Shown here piece after piece: positions 51,150-63,983 of a DNA stretch of 64,000 bases. The position numbers and the translations under genes were made by a program. The stretch is from contig CAWJBN010000005.1 in the NCBI GenBank assembly GCA_963841175.1, forward strand, positions 113,663 through 177,662, given 5' to 3'. The first letter of the stretch is position 1, and each line of letters begins with the position of its first letter. The notes under the pieces were generated by a model. That model was not told the origin of the DNA. It searched no databases and worked only from the letters and a program-made list of their open reading frames with translations. Origin of the DNA: an uncultured Actinomycetes bacterium (GTDB lineage: Bacteria; Actinomycetota; Thermoleophilia; Gaiellales; Gaiellaceae).

Positions 51150-51856
51150 TGGCCAGAATCCTCCGGATTCTGGTTAGGAGTCGACTCCTCCTCCGCGGGC
51201 GCATCCCCGGTCTCCGCGGGCGCCTCCGCCACCTGCTGCTCGACGGCCGGAGCCTCGACGGCGGCGACGGGCGCTGCCGCCTGCTCCCCGGCCTGAGCCT
51301 CCGCCTCGGCCTGTGCCGCGGCCTCCGCACGCGCGAGCGTCGCGGGACGCGGAATGGGGATCACCTCGGCGATCGTCTTGCCGCGGAGCAACGCGACGTC
51401 CTCCGGGCGCACGAGGCCGCGCAGGCCTGCGACGGTCGCGCGGGTCATGTTGATCGGGGTGGTCGTCCCGATGCTCTTCGCGAGGACGTCGCGGATCCCC
51501 GCGAGCTCGAGCACGGCGCGGACGCCGCCGCCGGCGATGACGCCGGTTCCCTCGCTGGCCGGCCGCAGGACGACGCGCGCGGCGTCGAACCGGCCGACGA
51601 TCTCGTGCGTGATCGTCTGCCCGTGCTTCGGCACCGTGAAGAGGTTCTTCTTCGCGTCCTCGACGGCCTTCGAGATCGCGAGGGGGACCTCGCGCGCCTT
51701 GCCGTAGCCGAGGCCGACGCGGTCGATCTCGTCGCCGATGACGACGAGCGCGGTGAACGAGAACCGGCGGCCGCCCTTGACGACCTTCGCGACGCGGTTG
51801 ATCTCGATGACCCGCTCCTTCAGCTCGCGGGAGTCAGCAACTTCCCTGGTGCTCAA
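51146..51856 (-). CDS. rpsE: 30S ribosomal protein S5 with about 65-aa Ala/Glu/Pro-rich C-terminal extension
   Basis: 236 aa from TTG 51856, which overlaps the rplR TGA: [34 protein letters not shown]... The tail is ...[29 protein letters not shown]...NQNPEDSGQ. Confidence 0.9.
   Translation of the reverse strand: MSTREVADSRELKERVIEINRVAKVVKGGRRFSFTALVVIGDEIDRVGLGYGKAREVPLAISKAVEDAKKNLFTVPKHGQTITHEIVGRFDAARVVLRPASEGTGVIAGGGVRAVLELAGIRDVLAKSIGTTTPINMTRATVAGLRGLVRPEDVALLRGKTIAEVIPIPRPATLARAEAAAQAEAEAQAGEQAAAPVAAVEAPAVEQQVAEAPAETGDAPAEEESTPNQNPEDSGQ
51153..51173 (-). promoter_or_regulatory. Perfect hairpin inside the last codons of rpsE, 3 nt upstream of the rpmD GTG
   Basis: Plus strand CCAGAATCC-tcc-GGATTCTGG. 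The adjacent palindrome GGAGTCGACTCC is at 51177-51188. On the mRNA a GGAGGA (SD-like) sequence spans the loop and 3' arm. Confidence 0.5.
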
Positions 51857-52206
51857 AACTCGAGTCCTTCCTCGCGCGCGCCCTCCGCGAGCGCCTTCAC
51901 GCGTCCGTGGTACAGGTATCCGCCGCGGTCGAAGACGCACGTCGTCACGCCCGCGGCCTTCGCGGCCTTGCCGAGGGCCTTGCCGACCTCGCCGGCCTGC
52001 TCGACCTTCGATCCCGGCAGCTTGCCGAGCGAGTTCCACCCAGCTGCCGCCAAGGTGCGCCCGCTCTGGTCGTCGATGAGCTGCGCGAAGATGCCGCGGT
52101 TCGAGCGGAACACCGCGAGGCGGGGACGCTCGGCCGTGCCCGCGATCTTGCCGCGGACCCGGCGATGACGCCGGATACGAGCCTGTCGTTTCGTGAGCGT
52201 GCTCAT
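51853..52206 (-). CDS. rplR: 50S ribosomal protein L18
   Basis: 117 aa from [21 protein letters not shown]. The ATG overlaps the rplF stop (ATGA). Confidence 0.95.
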   Translation of the reverse strand: MSTLTKRQARIRRHRRVRGKIAGTAERPRLAVFRSNRGIFAQLIDDQSGRTLAAAGWNSLGKLPGSKVEQAGEVGKALGKAAKAAGVTTCVFDRGGYLYHGRVKALAEGAREEGLEF

Positions 52207-52736
52207 GCGCGCTTGCCGACCTTCCTCCGCACCTGCTCGTCGCGGTAGCGGATGCCCTTGCCCTTGTACGGCTCCGGCGGTCGCACCTTGCGGATCTCTG
52301 CCGCGGTCTGCCCGACCTTCTGCTTGTCGATGCCCTTGACCACGATCTGTGTCGGAATGGGGACATCGAACGCGATCCCGTCGCGCGGGGTGATCGTCAC
52401 CGGGTGCGAGTACCCGACTGCGAGCTCGAGGTCCGAGCCCTTGAGCTGCGCGCGGTAGCCGACGCCCTGGATCTCGAGGTGCTTCTCGAAGCCCTTGGTG
52501 ACGCCCTCGACCATGTTCGCGATGAGCGTCCGCGTGAGCCCGTGCAGCGCCCGGTCCTGCCCGCGCTCGGTCGGGCGCGCGACCGTGATCTCGCTGTCGG
52601 TCTTCTCGATGAGCATCCGAGCAGGCACCGTCTGGGAGAGCTCCCCGAGCGGCCCGTTCACCTGCACGCGCCCAGGCGAGAGCGCGACGAGAACGCCGGC
52701 TGGCAGTTCGATCGGCTGTCGTCCGATCCTGCTCAT
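52203..52736 (-). CDS. rplF: 50S ribosomal protein L6
   Basis: 177-aa [18 protein letters not shown] is the canonical N-terminus. Confidence 0.95.
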   Translation of the reverse strand: MSRIGRQPIELPAGVLVALSPGRVQVNGPLGELSQTVPARMLIEKTDSEITVARPTERGQDRALHGLTRTLIANMVEGVTKGFEKHLEIQGVGYRAQLKGSDLELAVGYSHPVTITPRDGIAFDVPIPTQIVVKGIDKQKVGQTAAEIRKVRPPEPYKGKGIRYRDEQVRRKVGKRA

Positions 52737-52789
52737 GCCAGTTCACCGCCTTCGGCGCCGAACTGGTTGGTAGTGCGACTCAGATCCAT
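52733..52789 (-). CDS. Candidate 18-codon upstream ORF in the rpsH-rplF spacer ([18 protein letters not shown])
   Basis: AGGAG (52794-52798) is followed by 4 nt and then ATG 52789. Its TGA overlaps the rplF ATG (ATGA). Codon usage is atypical (AT3-rich), so it may be structural rather than coding. Confidence 0.3.
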   Translation of the reverse strand: MDLSRTTNQFGAEGGELA

Positions 52790-52800
52790 GGTTCTCCTAA

Positions 52801-52819
52801 CCATTTGCGAAGCAAATGG
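52801..52819 (-). promoter_or_regulatory. Perfect hairpin 2 nt after the rpsH stop
   Basis: CCATTTGC-gaa-GCAAATGG (plus strand). On the mRNA it is immediately followed by UUAGGAG. A second hairpin, CCAGTTC...GAACTGG at 52738-52766, ends 1 nt before the rplF ATG. Confidence 0.5.
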
Positions 52820-52821
52820 CC

Positions 52822-53238
<417 letters not shown>

Positions 53239-53246
53239 GTCTCCTC

Positions 53247-53432
53247 CTACCAGCTCGACTTGGTCATGCCGGGCACGGCGCCCTGGTGCGCGAGCTCTCG
53301 CAGGCAGATCCGGCAGACGCCGAACTTTTGGAAGACCGCGCGCGGGCGGCCGCACCTCGTGCAGCGCGTGTACTCCCGGACCGGGTACTTCGACTTCCGC
53401 TGCTGCTTGACGACGAGCGACTTCTTGGCCAT
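53247..53432 (-). CDS. rpsN: 30S ribosomal protein S14 type Z (zinc-binding)
   Basis: 61-aa ORF with CxxC...CxxC ([20 protein letters not shown]). Confidence 0.95.
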   Translation of the reverse strand: MAKKSLVVKQQRKSKYPVREYTRCTRCGRPRAVFQKFGVCRICLRELAHQGAVPGMTKSSW

Positions 53433-53435
53433 GCG

Positions 53436-54029
53436 TCAGTCCGTCCTTCTCTCTCCGGCGAACGGCAGCCCGAGCGCGGCGAGAAGCGCCTGCCCGTGCT
53501 CGTCCGTCTGCGCCGAGGTCGTGATCGCGACGTCGAGCCCCCGGATCGAAGGCACCTTGTCGTAGTCGATCTCGGGGAAGATGATCTGCTCCCGGATCCC
53601 GATCGAGTAGTTACCGCGCCCGTCGAACGAGCCGGGGTCGAGCCCGCGGAAGTCCCGGATGCGCGGCAGCGCGATCGAGCTCAGGCGATCGAGGAACTCG
53701 TACATGCGCGTTCCGCGAAGCGTCACGCGCGCGCCGACGGGCATGCCCTCGCGGAGCTTGAAGCTCGCGATGGACTTGGTCGCCCGCCGAACCTGCGCCT
53801 GCTGGCCGGCGATGAGCGTGAGCTCCTCGAGCGCAGCGTCGAGCGCCTTCGCGTCGGTCTTCGCCTCGCCGACGCCCATGTTCAGCGTGATCTTGGTCAC
53901 GCGCGGCACCTGCATGACGGACGAGAGCTCGAGCTCCTCCTGCAGCTGCGGCTTGATCTCGGTGTCGTACCGCTCCTTCAGGCGCGCGACGTAGGTCTCG
54001 GGGGTCGGGGCGGAAAGAGTCGTACTCAC
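53436..54029 (-). CDS. rplE: 50S ribosomal protein L5
   Basis: 197 aa from GTG 54029, which overlaps the rplX TGA (GTGA). ...[17 protein letters not shown]...[13 protein letters not shown]. Confidence 0.95.
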   Translation of the reverse strand: MSTTLSAPTPETYVARLKERYDTEIKPQLQEELELSSVMQVPRVTKITLNMGVGEAKTDAKALDAALEELTLIAGQQAQVRRATKSIASFKLREGMPVGARVTLRGTRMYEFLDRLSSIALPRIRDFRGLDPGSFDGRGNYSIGIREQIIFPEIDYDKVPSIRGLDVAITTSAQTDEHGQALLAALGLPFAGERRTD

Positions 54030-54397
54030 TTGTCGAGCACCTCCCCGCAGCCCTCGCGCTTGCAGACCCTGACGCGGACGGTCCCGCCCTTCGCCTCCCG
54101 CTCGGCGATCCCGACGCGCGTCGGGTTCCCGCAGGTCGGGCACACGACCATGACGTTCGAGACGGGCACCGGCGCGGGCTTCTCCATGATCCCGCCGGGC
54201 ATGATCTGGGCGCCGCCCATCCGTGAGCTGTCGCGGATCGGCTTCGGCCTCTGATGCCGCTTGGCGACGTTCAGGTTCTCGACGAGGACCCGCCGCTCCG
54301 ACGGGCGCGCCTCGATGACGCGGCCCCGCTTGCCGCGGTCCTTGCCGGCGATGATCTGCACCTCGTCGCCCTTCTTGACCTTCATCTTCGTTGCCAT
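54026..54397 (-). CDS. rplX: 50S ribosomal protein L24
   Basis: 123-aa [26 protein letters not shown] (KOW motif), plus a C-terminal Cys-containing extension. Confidence 0.95.
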   Translation of the reverse strand: MATKMKVKKGDEVQIIAGKDRGKRGRVIEARPSERRVLVENLNVAKRHQRPKPIRDSSRMGGAQIMPGGIMEKPAPVPVSNVMVVCPTCGNPTRVGIAEREAKGGTVRVRVCKREGCGEVLDK

Positions 54398-54400
54398 GAG

Positions 54401-54769
54401 CTAGAGAACCTCCGGGGCCAGGCTGACGATCTTCATGAAGTTCTTCTCGCGGAGCTCGCGCGCGACCGGCCCGAAGATGCGCGTTCCGCGAGGGTTCGAC
54501 TGTGGGTCGATGAGGACGGCGGCGTTCTCGTCGAAGCCGATGAGCGTGCCGTCGTCCCTGCCGTAGGGCTTCTTCGTCCGGACGACGACCGCCCGCACGA
54601 CCTCGCCCTTCTTCACCGCGCCCTGGGGCGTGGCGGATTTCACGGTAGCAACGATGATGTCGCCCACCCGCGCGTAGCGCCGGTGGGAGCCGCCGAGCAC
54701 GCGGATGCAGAGGAGCTCACGCGCTCCCGTGTTGTCGGCGACCTTGAGACGTGACTCCTGCTGGATCAT
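54401..54769 (-). CDS. rplN: 50S ribosomal protein L14
   Basis: 122-aa [30 protein letters not shown]. Confidence 0.95.
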   Translation of the reverse strand: MIQQESRLKVADNTGARELLCIRVLGGSHRRYARVGDIIVATVKSATPQGAVKKGEVVRAVVVRTKKPYGRDDGTLIGFDENAAVLIDPQSNPRGTRIFGPVARELREKNFMKIVSLAPEVL

Positions 54770-55416
54770 TTCGCTGCCTCGACGACCTCCTGCAGCCGCC
54801 AGCGCTTCATGCGCGAGACCGGGCGCGTCTCGACGATGCGGACGATGTCGCCCAGCTTCGCCTCGTTCGTCTCGTCGTGCGCGTGGAGCTTCGTGCTCCG
54901 GCGGATGACCTTCTTGTACATCGGGTGCACCTTCGCGACGTCGACGCGAACGACGATCGTCTTGTCGGCGCTGGCCGAAACGACCTTGCCCTGGCGCTCC
55001 TGCCGGCGCCCGCGGCCGTGCTCGGGCTTCGGAAGCCGCGTGATGGCCTTCCGCTCTGCGGCCGGCACGCGCTTCGCCCGTCCCTTCTGCGGCCGCAGCG
55101 TGCGAGGGAGGCGCTTCCGCTTCTTCTTCGTCGCGGGCACGGCCTCGGCCGCCGGCTCCTCGGCCGCTTCGGCGGCTGGCGCTTCCTCGGCGGCCGGCTC
55201 CGGCTCGGCCTCCGCGGTCGGGGCCTCCTCGGCGGGAGCTTCCTCTGCGGGAGCCTCCTCCGCAGGAGCCTCCTGCTCGGGGGGCGCGTCCGCGACCTCC
55301 GCCTCCGGGGCTTCCGGAGCGGAAGCCTCGGGCGCCTCCTCGGCGGCAGCCTCAGGCGCTTCAGGCTCGGCCGGTGTCTCTTCGGTCTCGTTCACGTTCT
55401 CGTCAGCCACTGACAT
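54766..55416 (-). CDS. rpsQ: 30S ribosomal protein S17 with about 135-aa N-terminal extension (acidic Pro/Glu/Ala repeats, then basic)
   Basis: 216-aa ORF. The C-terminal about 80 aa form the canonical S17 core ([40 protein letters not shown]...KRWRL). The ATG overlaps the end of rpmC, leaving no room for a separate spacer. Confidence 0.85.
   Translation of the reverse strand: MSVADENVNETEETPAEPEAPEAAAEEAPEASAPEAPEAEVADAPPEQEAPAEEAPAEEAPAEEAPTAEAEPEPAAEEAPAAEAAEEPAAEAVPATKKKRKRLPRTLRPQKGRAKRVPAAERKAITRLPKPEHGRGRRQERQGKVVSASADKTIVVRVDVAKVHPMYKKVIRRSTKLHAHDETNEAKLGDIVRIVETRPVSRMKRWRLQEVVEAAK
55222..55281 (-). repeat. Four tandem 15-nt units encoding (E)EAPA repeats inside rpsQ
   Basis: Plus-strand units are GGCCTCCTCGGCGGG, AGCTTCCTCTGCGGG, AGCCTCCTCCGCAGG and AGCCTCCTGCTCGGG. 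Confidence 0.7.
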
Positions 55417-55609
55417 TCAGTCCTTGTGCTCGTTCGTTTTTCACGGTCAGGATTCGGGCGATCTCGCGTTTCGCCGTGCGCAGGCGCGCGCTGTTCTCGA
55501 GCACGCCCGTCGCGGTCTGGAAGTGGAGGTTGAAGAGCTCCTGGCGCGTCTCCGCCATCTTGCGATCGAGCTCGTCGTCGGTCATCGCGCGCAACTCTCT
55601 AGCTCTCAA
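55403..55609 (-). CDS. rpmC: 50S ribosomal protein L29
   Basis: 68-aa ORF. ...[35 protein letters not shown]. Confidence 0.95.
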   Translation of the reverse strand: MRARELRAMTDDELDRKMAETRQELFNLHFQTATGVLENSARLRTAKREIARILTVKNERAQGLNVSG

Positions 55610-56024
55610 AGAGCTCAGCCTCCCTCTTCACGAACTTCGTCTTCACGGGCAGCTTCTGGCCGGCGAGGCGGAGCGCTTCCTTCGCGAGCGGCTCGTCGAC
55701 GCCGGCGAGCTCGAACATGACGCGCCCCGGCTTCACGACGGCGACCCAGCCCTCAGGCGAGCCCTTGCCCGAGCCCATGCGCGTCTCGGCCGGCTTCTTG
55801 GTGTACGGCTTGTCGGGGAAGAGGTTGATCCAGACCTTCCCGCTCCTGCGGATCTTGCGCGTGGCCGCGATTCGGGCAGCCTCGATCTGGCGGTTCGTGA
55901 CCCACCCCGCCTCGAGGCTCTTCAAGCCGTACTCGCCGAACTGCACGTCGGTCTGCCCCTTCGAGAGCCCGCGGCGGCGACCGCGGTGCTGCCTGCGGAA
56001 CTTCGTCTTGCGCGGCATGAGCAT
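55599..56024 (-). CDS. rplP: 50S ribosomal protein L16
   Basis: 141-aa [22 protein letters not shown]. Confidence 0.95.
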   Translation of the reverse strand: MLMPRKTKFRRQHRGRRRGLSKGQTDVQFGEYGLKSLEAGWVTNRQIEAARIAATRKIRRSGKVWINLFPDKPYTKKPAETRMGSGKGSPEGWVAVVKPGRVMFELAGVDEPLAKEALRLAGQKLPVKTKFVKREAELFES

Positions 56025-57076
56025 CAGCTATCGCCCTCCGTCTCCGCGGGTGCCTCGGGAGCCGTCTCCGGCGCCTGAGCCTCCGGTTCCACCGGCTGCG
56101 CCTCGGGCTGCGCCTGCGGCGGTGTCTCGGCCTGCTGGGCCTCGGGCGCCGCGGCCTCAGGGGCTGCCGTATCGGGGGCTGTCGTCTCGGGTGCCGCTGC
56201 CTCGGGTGTTGCTGCATCGGGCGCCGCCCCTTCGGCCCCCTCCCGGCGCGGCCGCTGCGTCGCGCGCCCGCCGGGCCGCTGCCCGCGGCCCCGCTTGCGC
56301 GGGACGATGCCGAGGCCCTCGCGATCCTGGCTCCGGCCGCGACCCTCGCGCGAGGCGCCGAGGCCCTCTGACGAGGTACCTCGCCGGCGCCGCGCCTGGT
56401 CCTGGTCGCCGAGCCGCGAGTCGCCGCGCCCGGCGCCCTCGAAGCCTTCCGGCATGATCTCGCCCTTGTTGATCCAGACCTTGACGCCGATCTGGCCGTA
56501 GGTCGTCTTCGCCTCCGCCATGCCGTAGTCGATGTCCGCGCGGATCGTGTGCAGCGGAACGCGGCCCTCGGAGTACATCTCGCGGCGGCTCATCTCGCCG
56601 CCGGTCAGCCGACCCGCAGCCGTGATCTTGATCCCCTGAGCGCCCGAGCGCATCGCCGACGCGAGCGAGCGCTTCATCGCCCGCCGGAAGCTGACGCGGT
56701 TCTCGAGCTGCTCGGCGATCGACTGCGCGACGAGCTTCGCGTCGAGCTCGGGGCGCTTGATCTCGTTGATGTTGATGTGCACGTTCTTCTTCGTGATCGC
56801 GTGCAGGTCGCGGCGGAGCGCGTCGACCTCGACGCCCGACTTGCCGATCACGATCCCCGGGCGCGCAGTGAAGATGTCGACGGTGATCCGCTGCTTGTCC
56901 TTGCGGATCAAGATGTCGGACAGGCCGGCATGCGAGAGCTTGCCGAGTATGTGCTTGCGGATCTTCACGTCCTCGAGCAGGTAGGCGGAGAACTCCGCCT
57001 TGCCCGTCCACCAGTTCGACTTCCAGTCGTGGATGACGCCGACGCGGAAACCTCCGGGATGCACCTTCTGGCCCAT
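56024..57076 (-). CDS. rpsC: 30S ribosomal protein S3 with about 135-aa C-terminal extension (RG-rich, then Pro/Glu/Ala-rich)
   Basis: 350 aa from [23 protein letters not shown] inside the 499-aa track ORF. The start overlaps the rplV TGA and the stop overlaps the rplP ATG. Confidence 0.9.
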   Translation of the reverse strand: MGQKVHPGGFRVGVIHDWKSNWWTGKAEFSAYLLEDVKIRKHILGKLSHAGLSDILIRKDKQRITVDIFTARPGIVIGKSGVEVDALRRDLHAITKKNVHININEIKRPELDAKLVAQSIAEQLENRVSFRRAMKRSLASAMRSGAQGIKITAAGRLTGGEMSRREMYSEGRVPLHTIRADIDYGMAEAKTTYGQIGVKVWINKGEIMPEGFEGAGRGDSRLGDQDQARRRRGTSSEGLGASREGRGRSQDREGLGIVPRKRGRGQRPGGRATQRPRREGAEGAAPDAATPEAAAPETTAPDTAAPEAAAPEAQQAETPPQAQPEAQPVEPEAQAPETAPEAPAETEGDS

Positions 57077-57573
57077 CAGGCGGCCACTCCTTCCTTCTTC
57101 TTGCGTCTCGTTGGCTTCTTGGCGGTCGTCTTCTCGTCGGCCGCCGGAGTCTCGACCGGAGCCTCCGCAGGCGTCTCGGCGGTCGCGCGGCGGCGGCGCC
57201 GCGTCTGCTCCTCGGGCTGCTCGACGAGGACGAGCGTCACGTGGCACGTGCGCTTCTTGATCCGGTTGACGCGTCCGCGCGCGCGGGGCTTCCAGCGCTT
57301 CAGCGTCGGCCCGACGTCGGCGTAGGCGGACTCGACGATGAGCTCGTCGCCGTCGAGGCCGTGATTCGCCTCGGCGTTCGCGACCGCGGACTTCAGCACC
57401 TTCTCGATGTCCGTCGCGACGGCGCGCGACGTGAAGGCGAGAATCGTGCGCGCCTCCGGGACCGAGCGCCCGCGGATGTGGTCGAGCACGAGCCGCGCCT
57501 TGCGCGCGGACGTGCGCACCCACTTCGCCTGCGCGCGAACGCGCATGCGGTCGTCGATCGCGCCGTTGCTCAC
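57076..57573 (-). CDS. rplV: 50S ribosomal protein L22 with basic/Pro-rich C-terminal extension
   Basis: 165-aa ORF. ...[26 protein letters not shown]... Confidence 0.95.
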   Translation of the reverse strand: MSNGAIDDRMRVRAQAKWVRTSARKARLVLDHIRGRSVPEARTILAFTSRAVATDIEKVLKSAVANAEANHGLDGDELIVESAYADVGPTLKRWKPRARGRVNRIKKRTCHVTLVLVEQPEEQTRRRRRATAETPAEAPVETPAADEKTTAKKPTRRKKKEGVAA

Positions 57574-57854
57574 GACCGCCTCACTGAGGCCTGGCGGTCG
57601 CCGGCGTGGCTGCGGAACGTCCGCGTGGGTGCGAACTCGCCGAGCTTGTGGCCGACCATCTGCTCGGTGACGAACACCGGCACGTGCTTGCGACCGTCGT
57701 GCACGGCAATCGTGTGCCCGACCATCTCGGGGAACACCGTCGAGGACCGCGACCAGGTGCGGATCATCCGCTTCTCCCCGCTCGCGTTCATGGCCTCGAT
57801 CCGGTTCAGCAGCCGGTCCTGCACGAAAGGCCCCTTTTTCGAAGACCTGCTCAC
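57570..57854 (-). CDS. rpsS: 30S ribosomal protein S19
   Basis: 94-aa [19 protein letters not shown]...[16 protein letters not shown]. Confidence 0.95.
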   Translation of the reverse strand: MSRSSKKGPFVQDRLLNRIEAMNASGEKRMIRTWSRSSTVFPEMVGHTIAVHDGRKHVPVFVTEQMVGHKLGEFAPTRTFRSHAGDRQASVRRS

Positions 57855-58699
57855 TAGCGCTTCCTCTCCTTGCCGCGGCGCCGGCCGCGGACGATCAGCT
57901 TGTCGGAATCCTTGTGCTTTCGACGCGTGCGCTTGCCGAGGGTTGGCACGCCCCAGGGCGTGACCGGATGCCGGCCGCCCTTCGTCTTCCCCTCGCCGCC
58001 GCCGTGCGGGTGGTCGACCGGGTTCATCGCGGAGCCGCGCACCGTCGGCCGCTTGCCGAGCCAGCGGCTACGCCCGGCCTTGCCGCTCGACTGGTTCGCG
58101 TGATCCGTGTTCCCGACCTGGCCGACAGTTCCCCGGCACGCGAGGAGCACGCGGCGCAGCTCTCCGGAGGGGAGCCGCAGCACGCCGTAGTCGCCGTCCT
58201 TCGCGACGAGCTGGAGCGACGAGCCGGCCGAGCGGGCCATGCGGCCGCCCTGCCCCGGCTTCAGCTCGACGTTGTGGAGCAGCGTTCCCGTCGGGATGTT
58301 CGCCAGCGGCAGCGCGTTCCCGGGCTTGATGTCGGCGTTCGGGCCGGACTCGACCGTCGCTCCGACCCGGAGCCGCGCAGGCGCGAGGATGTACGCCTTC
58401 ACGCCGTCCGCGTAATGGAGCAGCGCGATCCTCGCCGACCGATTCGGGTCGTACTCGATCGCGGCCACCTTCGCGGGCACGCCGTCCTTCGTGCGCTTGA
58501 AGTCGATCGTGCGGAAGCGGCGCTTGTGGCCGCCGCCCTTGTGGCGCGTCGTGATGCGGCCGCGGTTGTTCCGCCCGGCCTTCTTCGTCAGCGGCTCGAG
58601 CAGCGACTTCTCCGGCTCGGACTTCGTGACTTCCTCGAAGCCCGACGTGGCCATGAAGCGACGGCCCGGGCTCGTGGGCTTGTACTTCTTGAGCGCCAT
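57854..58699 (-). CDS. rplB: 50S ribosomal protein L2
   Basis: 281-aa [17 protein letters not shown]...[13 protein letters not shown]. Confidence 0.95.
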   Translation of the reverse strand: MALKKYKPTSPGRRFMATSGFEEVTKSEPEKSLLEPLTKKAGRNNRGRITTRHKGGGHKRRFRTIDFKRTKDGVPAKVAAIEYDPNRSARIALLHYADGVKAYILAPARLRVGATVESGPNADIKPGNALPLANIPTGTLLHNVELKPGQGGRMARSAGSSLQLVAKDGDYGVLRLPSGELRRVLLACRGTVGQVGNTDHANQSSGKAGRSRWLGKRPTVRGSAMNPVDHPHGGGEGKTKGGRHPVTPWGVPTLGKRTRRKHKDSDKLIVRGRRRGKERKR

Positions 58700-58995
58700 C
58701 AGACCGAGGCTCCTTCGAAGATCTCGATCTCGTGACCCTGCTTCAGCTGCACGATCGCCTTCTTCCAGCCGGGCCGGCGGCCGGCCGTGAGCCCGCGCCG
58801 CTTCGGCTTCGACCGGACCTTCACGATGTTGACGGCCTGCACCTCGACCTCGAAGAGCTCCTCGACGGCCTGGCGGATCTGCGTCTTGTGCGCGTCCTCG
58901 TGCACGCGGAACGTGTACTTGCGGTCGGTGATGAGCGAGAAGCTCTTCTCGGAGACGACCGGCGCGAGCAGGACCTGGTTCGGATGGAGGCTCAT
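58699..58995 (-). CDS. rplW: 50S ribosomal protein L23
   Basis: 98 aa from [18 protein letters not shown] inside the 251-aa track ORF. The ATG overlaps the rplD stop. Confidence 0.95.
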   Translation of the reverse strand: MSLHPNQVLLAPVVSEKSFSLITDRKYTFRVHEDAHKTQIRQAVEELFEVEVQAVNIVKVRSKPKRRGLTAGRRPGWKKAIVQLKQGHEIEIFEGASV

Positions 58996-59642
58996 TCGGT
59001 CGCCTCCTCCGTCTCGGCCGGCCCGGCGCCGGCGCGCGCGAGCACGTCCGGGAGGGCGGCCTCGCTGACGAGCAGCGAGCGCGCCCAGACGACGCCGGCG
59101 ACCTCGAGCTCCGCCGGAACCGTGACGAGCACCTTCTCGAGGTTGCGGAACGACTTCTGCACGGCCTCCTCGTCCTCGGTCACGACGACGAGCGTCGGGC
59201 GCTCCGAGAAGTCGGACAGGAGCTCGGCGGCCTGACGGGTCGAGGGCGTGGCGAACGCGGACCCGTCCACGAGTGCGAACGTGCCGTTTCCGGCGTGGCT
59301 CGAGAGCGCGCCGCGGAGCGCAGCACGTCGCGCCTTCCGGTTGACCTTCACCAGGTAGTTGCGCCCGCCAGGCGGGAAGGCGAGGCCGCCTCCGGTCCAC
59401 TGCGGCGCGCGAGTGGTTCCGGCACGAGCGCGCCCGGTCCCCTTCTGGCGCCACGGCTTCGAGCGGCCGCCGGCGACGAGCCCGCGGCTCTTGCCGCCCT
59501 TCGTGCCGGCCCGCGCGGCGTTCATCTCCGCGCGCACGGTCTCGTGCACGAGATGCGGCGTCACGTCAGCCGCGAACACCGACTCCTCCAGCGAGACCTG
59601 CTTGGCCTTCGCGCCGCCGAGCACTGGTGCCTTGACCGCCAT
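58992..59642 (-). CDS. rplD: 50S ribosomal protein L4
   Basis: 216-aa ORF. ...[29 protein letters not shown]. Confidence 0.95.
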   Translation of the reverse strand: MAVKAPVLGGAKAKQVSLEESVFAADVTPHLVHETVRAEMNAARAGTKGGKSRGLVAGGRSKPWRQKGTGRARAGTTRAPQWTGGGLAFPPGGRNYLVKVNRKARRAALRGALSSHAGNGTFALVDGSAFATPSTRQAAELLSDFSERPTLVVVTEDEEAVQKSFRNLEKVLVTVPAELEVAGVVWARSLLVSEAALPDVLARAGAGPAETEEATE

Positions 59643-59645
59643 CTC

Positions 59646-60260
59646 TCAGACTCCCCGGATCTCCACGATCCCGCTCGCCGGTCCGGGGACCGAGCCCCGG
59701 ATGAGCATGAGATTCCGCTCCGGGTCGACCTCGTGGACGACGAGCCCGGGCTGCGTGACGCGGACTCCACCCATGCGGCCGGGCATCTTCCTGCCCTTGA
59801 AGACGCGGGACGGAGTCGCGGACATGCCGATCGAGCCGGGAGCACGCACGTTGTGCGAGCCGTGCGAGACCGGCCCGCGCGTGAAGTTGTGTCGCTTGAT
59901 CGTGCCCTGGAAGCCCTTGCCGACCGAGACGCCCGAGACCTTGATCGCCTCTCCCGGCTCGAAGTCCTCGACGGTCACGGTGTCGCCGACGGCGAGCCCG
60001 ATGTGGCCGCGGACCTCGACAAGGTGGCGATGCGGCCCCACGCCCGCCTTCGCGAGATGACCGATCTCCGGCTTCGAGACCTTCCGCTCGGCGACGGCCT
60101 CGAACGCAAGCTGCACCGCGTCGTAGCCGTCCGTGTCGACGGTCTTCACCTGGACCACAGGGCACGGCCCCGCCTCGACCACGGTGACGGGGGTCATCAG
60201 CCCGGTCTCCGGATCGAAGACCTGGCTCATGCCGAGCTTCTTGCCGAGGATGCCCTTCAC
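59646..60260 (-). CDS. rplC: 50S ribosomal protein L3
   Basis: 204 aa from GTG 60260 ([16 protein letters not shown]...), the canonical L3 N-terminus. The track ORF extends in frame to GTG 60329 through the hairpin spacer, adding 23 aa. Confidence 0.9.
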   Translation of the reverse strand: MKGILGKKLGMSQVFDPETGLMTPVTVVEAGPCPVVQVKTVDTDGYDAVQLAFEAVAERKVSKPEIGHLAKAGVGPHRHLVEVRGHIGLAVGDTVTVEDFEPGEAIKVSGVSVGKGFQGTIKRHNFTRGPVSHGSHNVRAPGSIGMSATPSRVFKGRKMPGRMGGVRVTQPGLVVHEVDPERNLMLIRGSVPGPASGIVEIRGV

Positions 60261-60261
60261 G

Positions 60262-60325
60262 CCAATTCTCCTGACGGAGAATTGGTTAGGAGCACTGCTC
60301 CTAACCAAATTGCGCAGCAATTTGG
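60262..60325 (-). promoter_or_regulatory. Three abutting perfect hairpins filling the rpsJ-rplC spacer
   Basis: Plus strand: 60262-60285 CCAATTCTCC-tgac-GGAGAATTGG, 60286-60304 TTAGGAGC-act-GCTCCTAA, and 60305-60325 CCAAATTGC-gca-GCAATTTGG. Confidence 0.6.
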
Positions 60326-60634
60326 TCACAGCTTGATCTCGATGTCCACGCCTGCCGGAAGGTCGAGCCGCATGAGCGAGTCGACCGTCTTCGGCGTCGG
60401 TGAGTGGATGTCGATCAGCCGCTTGTGCGTCCGCACCTCGAAGTGCTCGCGGGAGTCCTTGTCCTTGAACGGGCTCCGAATGACGCAGTAGACGTTCTTC
60501 TCCGTGGGCAGGGGAACCGGCCCCGTGATCGTGGCACCGGTGCGCTGCGCCGTCTCCACGATCTGGGAGGCGGACTTGTCGACCTGATTGTGGTCGTAGC
60601 CCTTCAGTCGGATGCGGATTTTCTGCTGCGCCAT
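60326..60634 (-). CDS. rpsJ: 30S ribosomal protein S10
   Basis: 102-aa [25 protein letters not shown]. Confidence 0.95.
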   Translation of the reverse strand: MAQQKIRIRLKGYDHNQVDKSASQIVETAQRTGATITGPVPLPTEKNVYCVIRSPFKDKDSREHFEVRTHKRLIDIHSPTPKTVDSLMRLDLPAGVDIEIKL

Positions 60635-60668
60635 GTTGGTATCAGTAGAGGCGGGGTATATCCCGCCC

Positions 60669-61859
<1,191 letters not shown>

Positions 61860-61875
61860 TCTGAATGCCTCCGTG

Positions 61876-63978
<2,103 letters not shown>

Positions 63979-63983
63979 CGTGG

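Noticed and set aside
55222-55281. Tandem 15-nt repeats as a possible CRISPR or VNTR locus.
   Set aside because: The units are contiguous with no spacers, in frame, and encode the EEAPA repeats of the S17 extension. No CRISPR-like repeat-spacer architecture exists anywhere in the window.
60261-60329. The 23-aa N-terminal extension of L3 implied by the ORF track ([23 protein letters not shown]).
   Set aside because: It is the in-frame translation of three perfect AT-rich hairpins, uses atypical codons, and precedes a canonical L3 N-terminus at a GTG with a correctly spaced AGGAG. I keep it only as an alternative in the finding.
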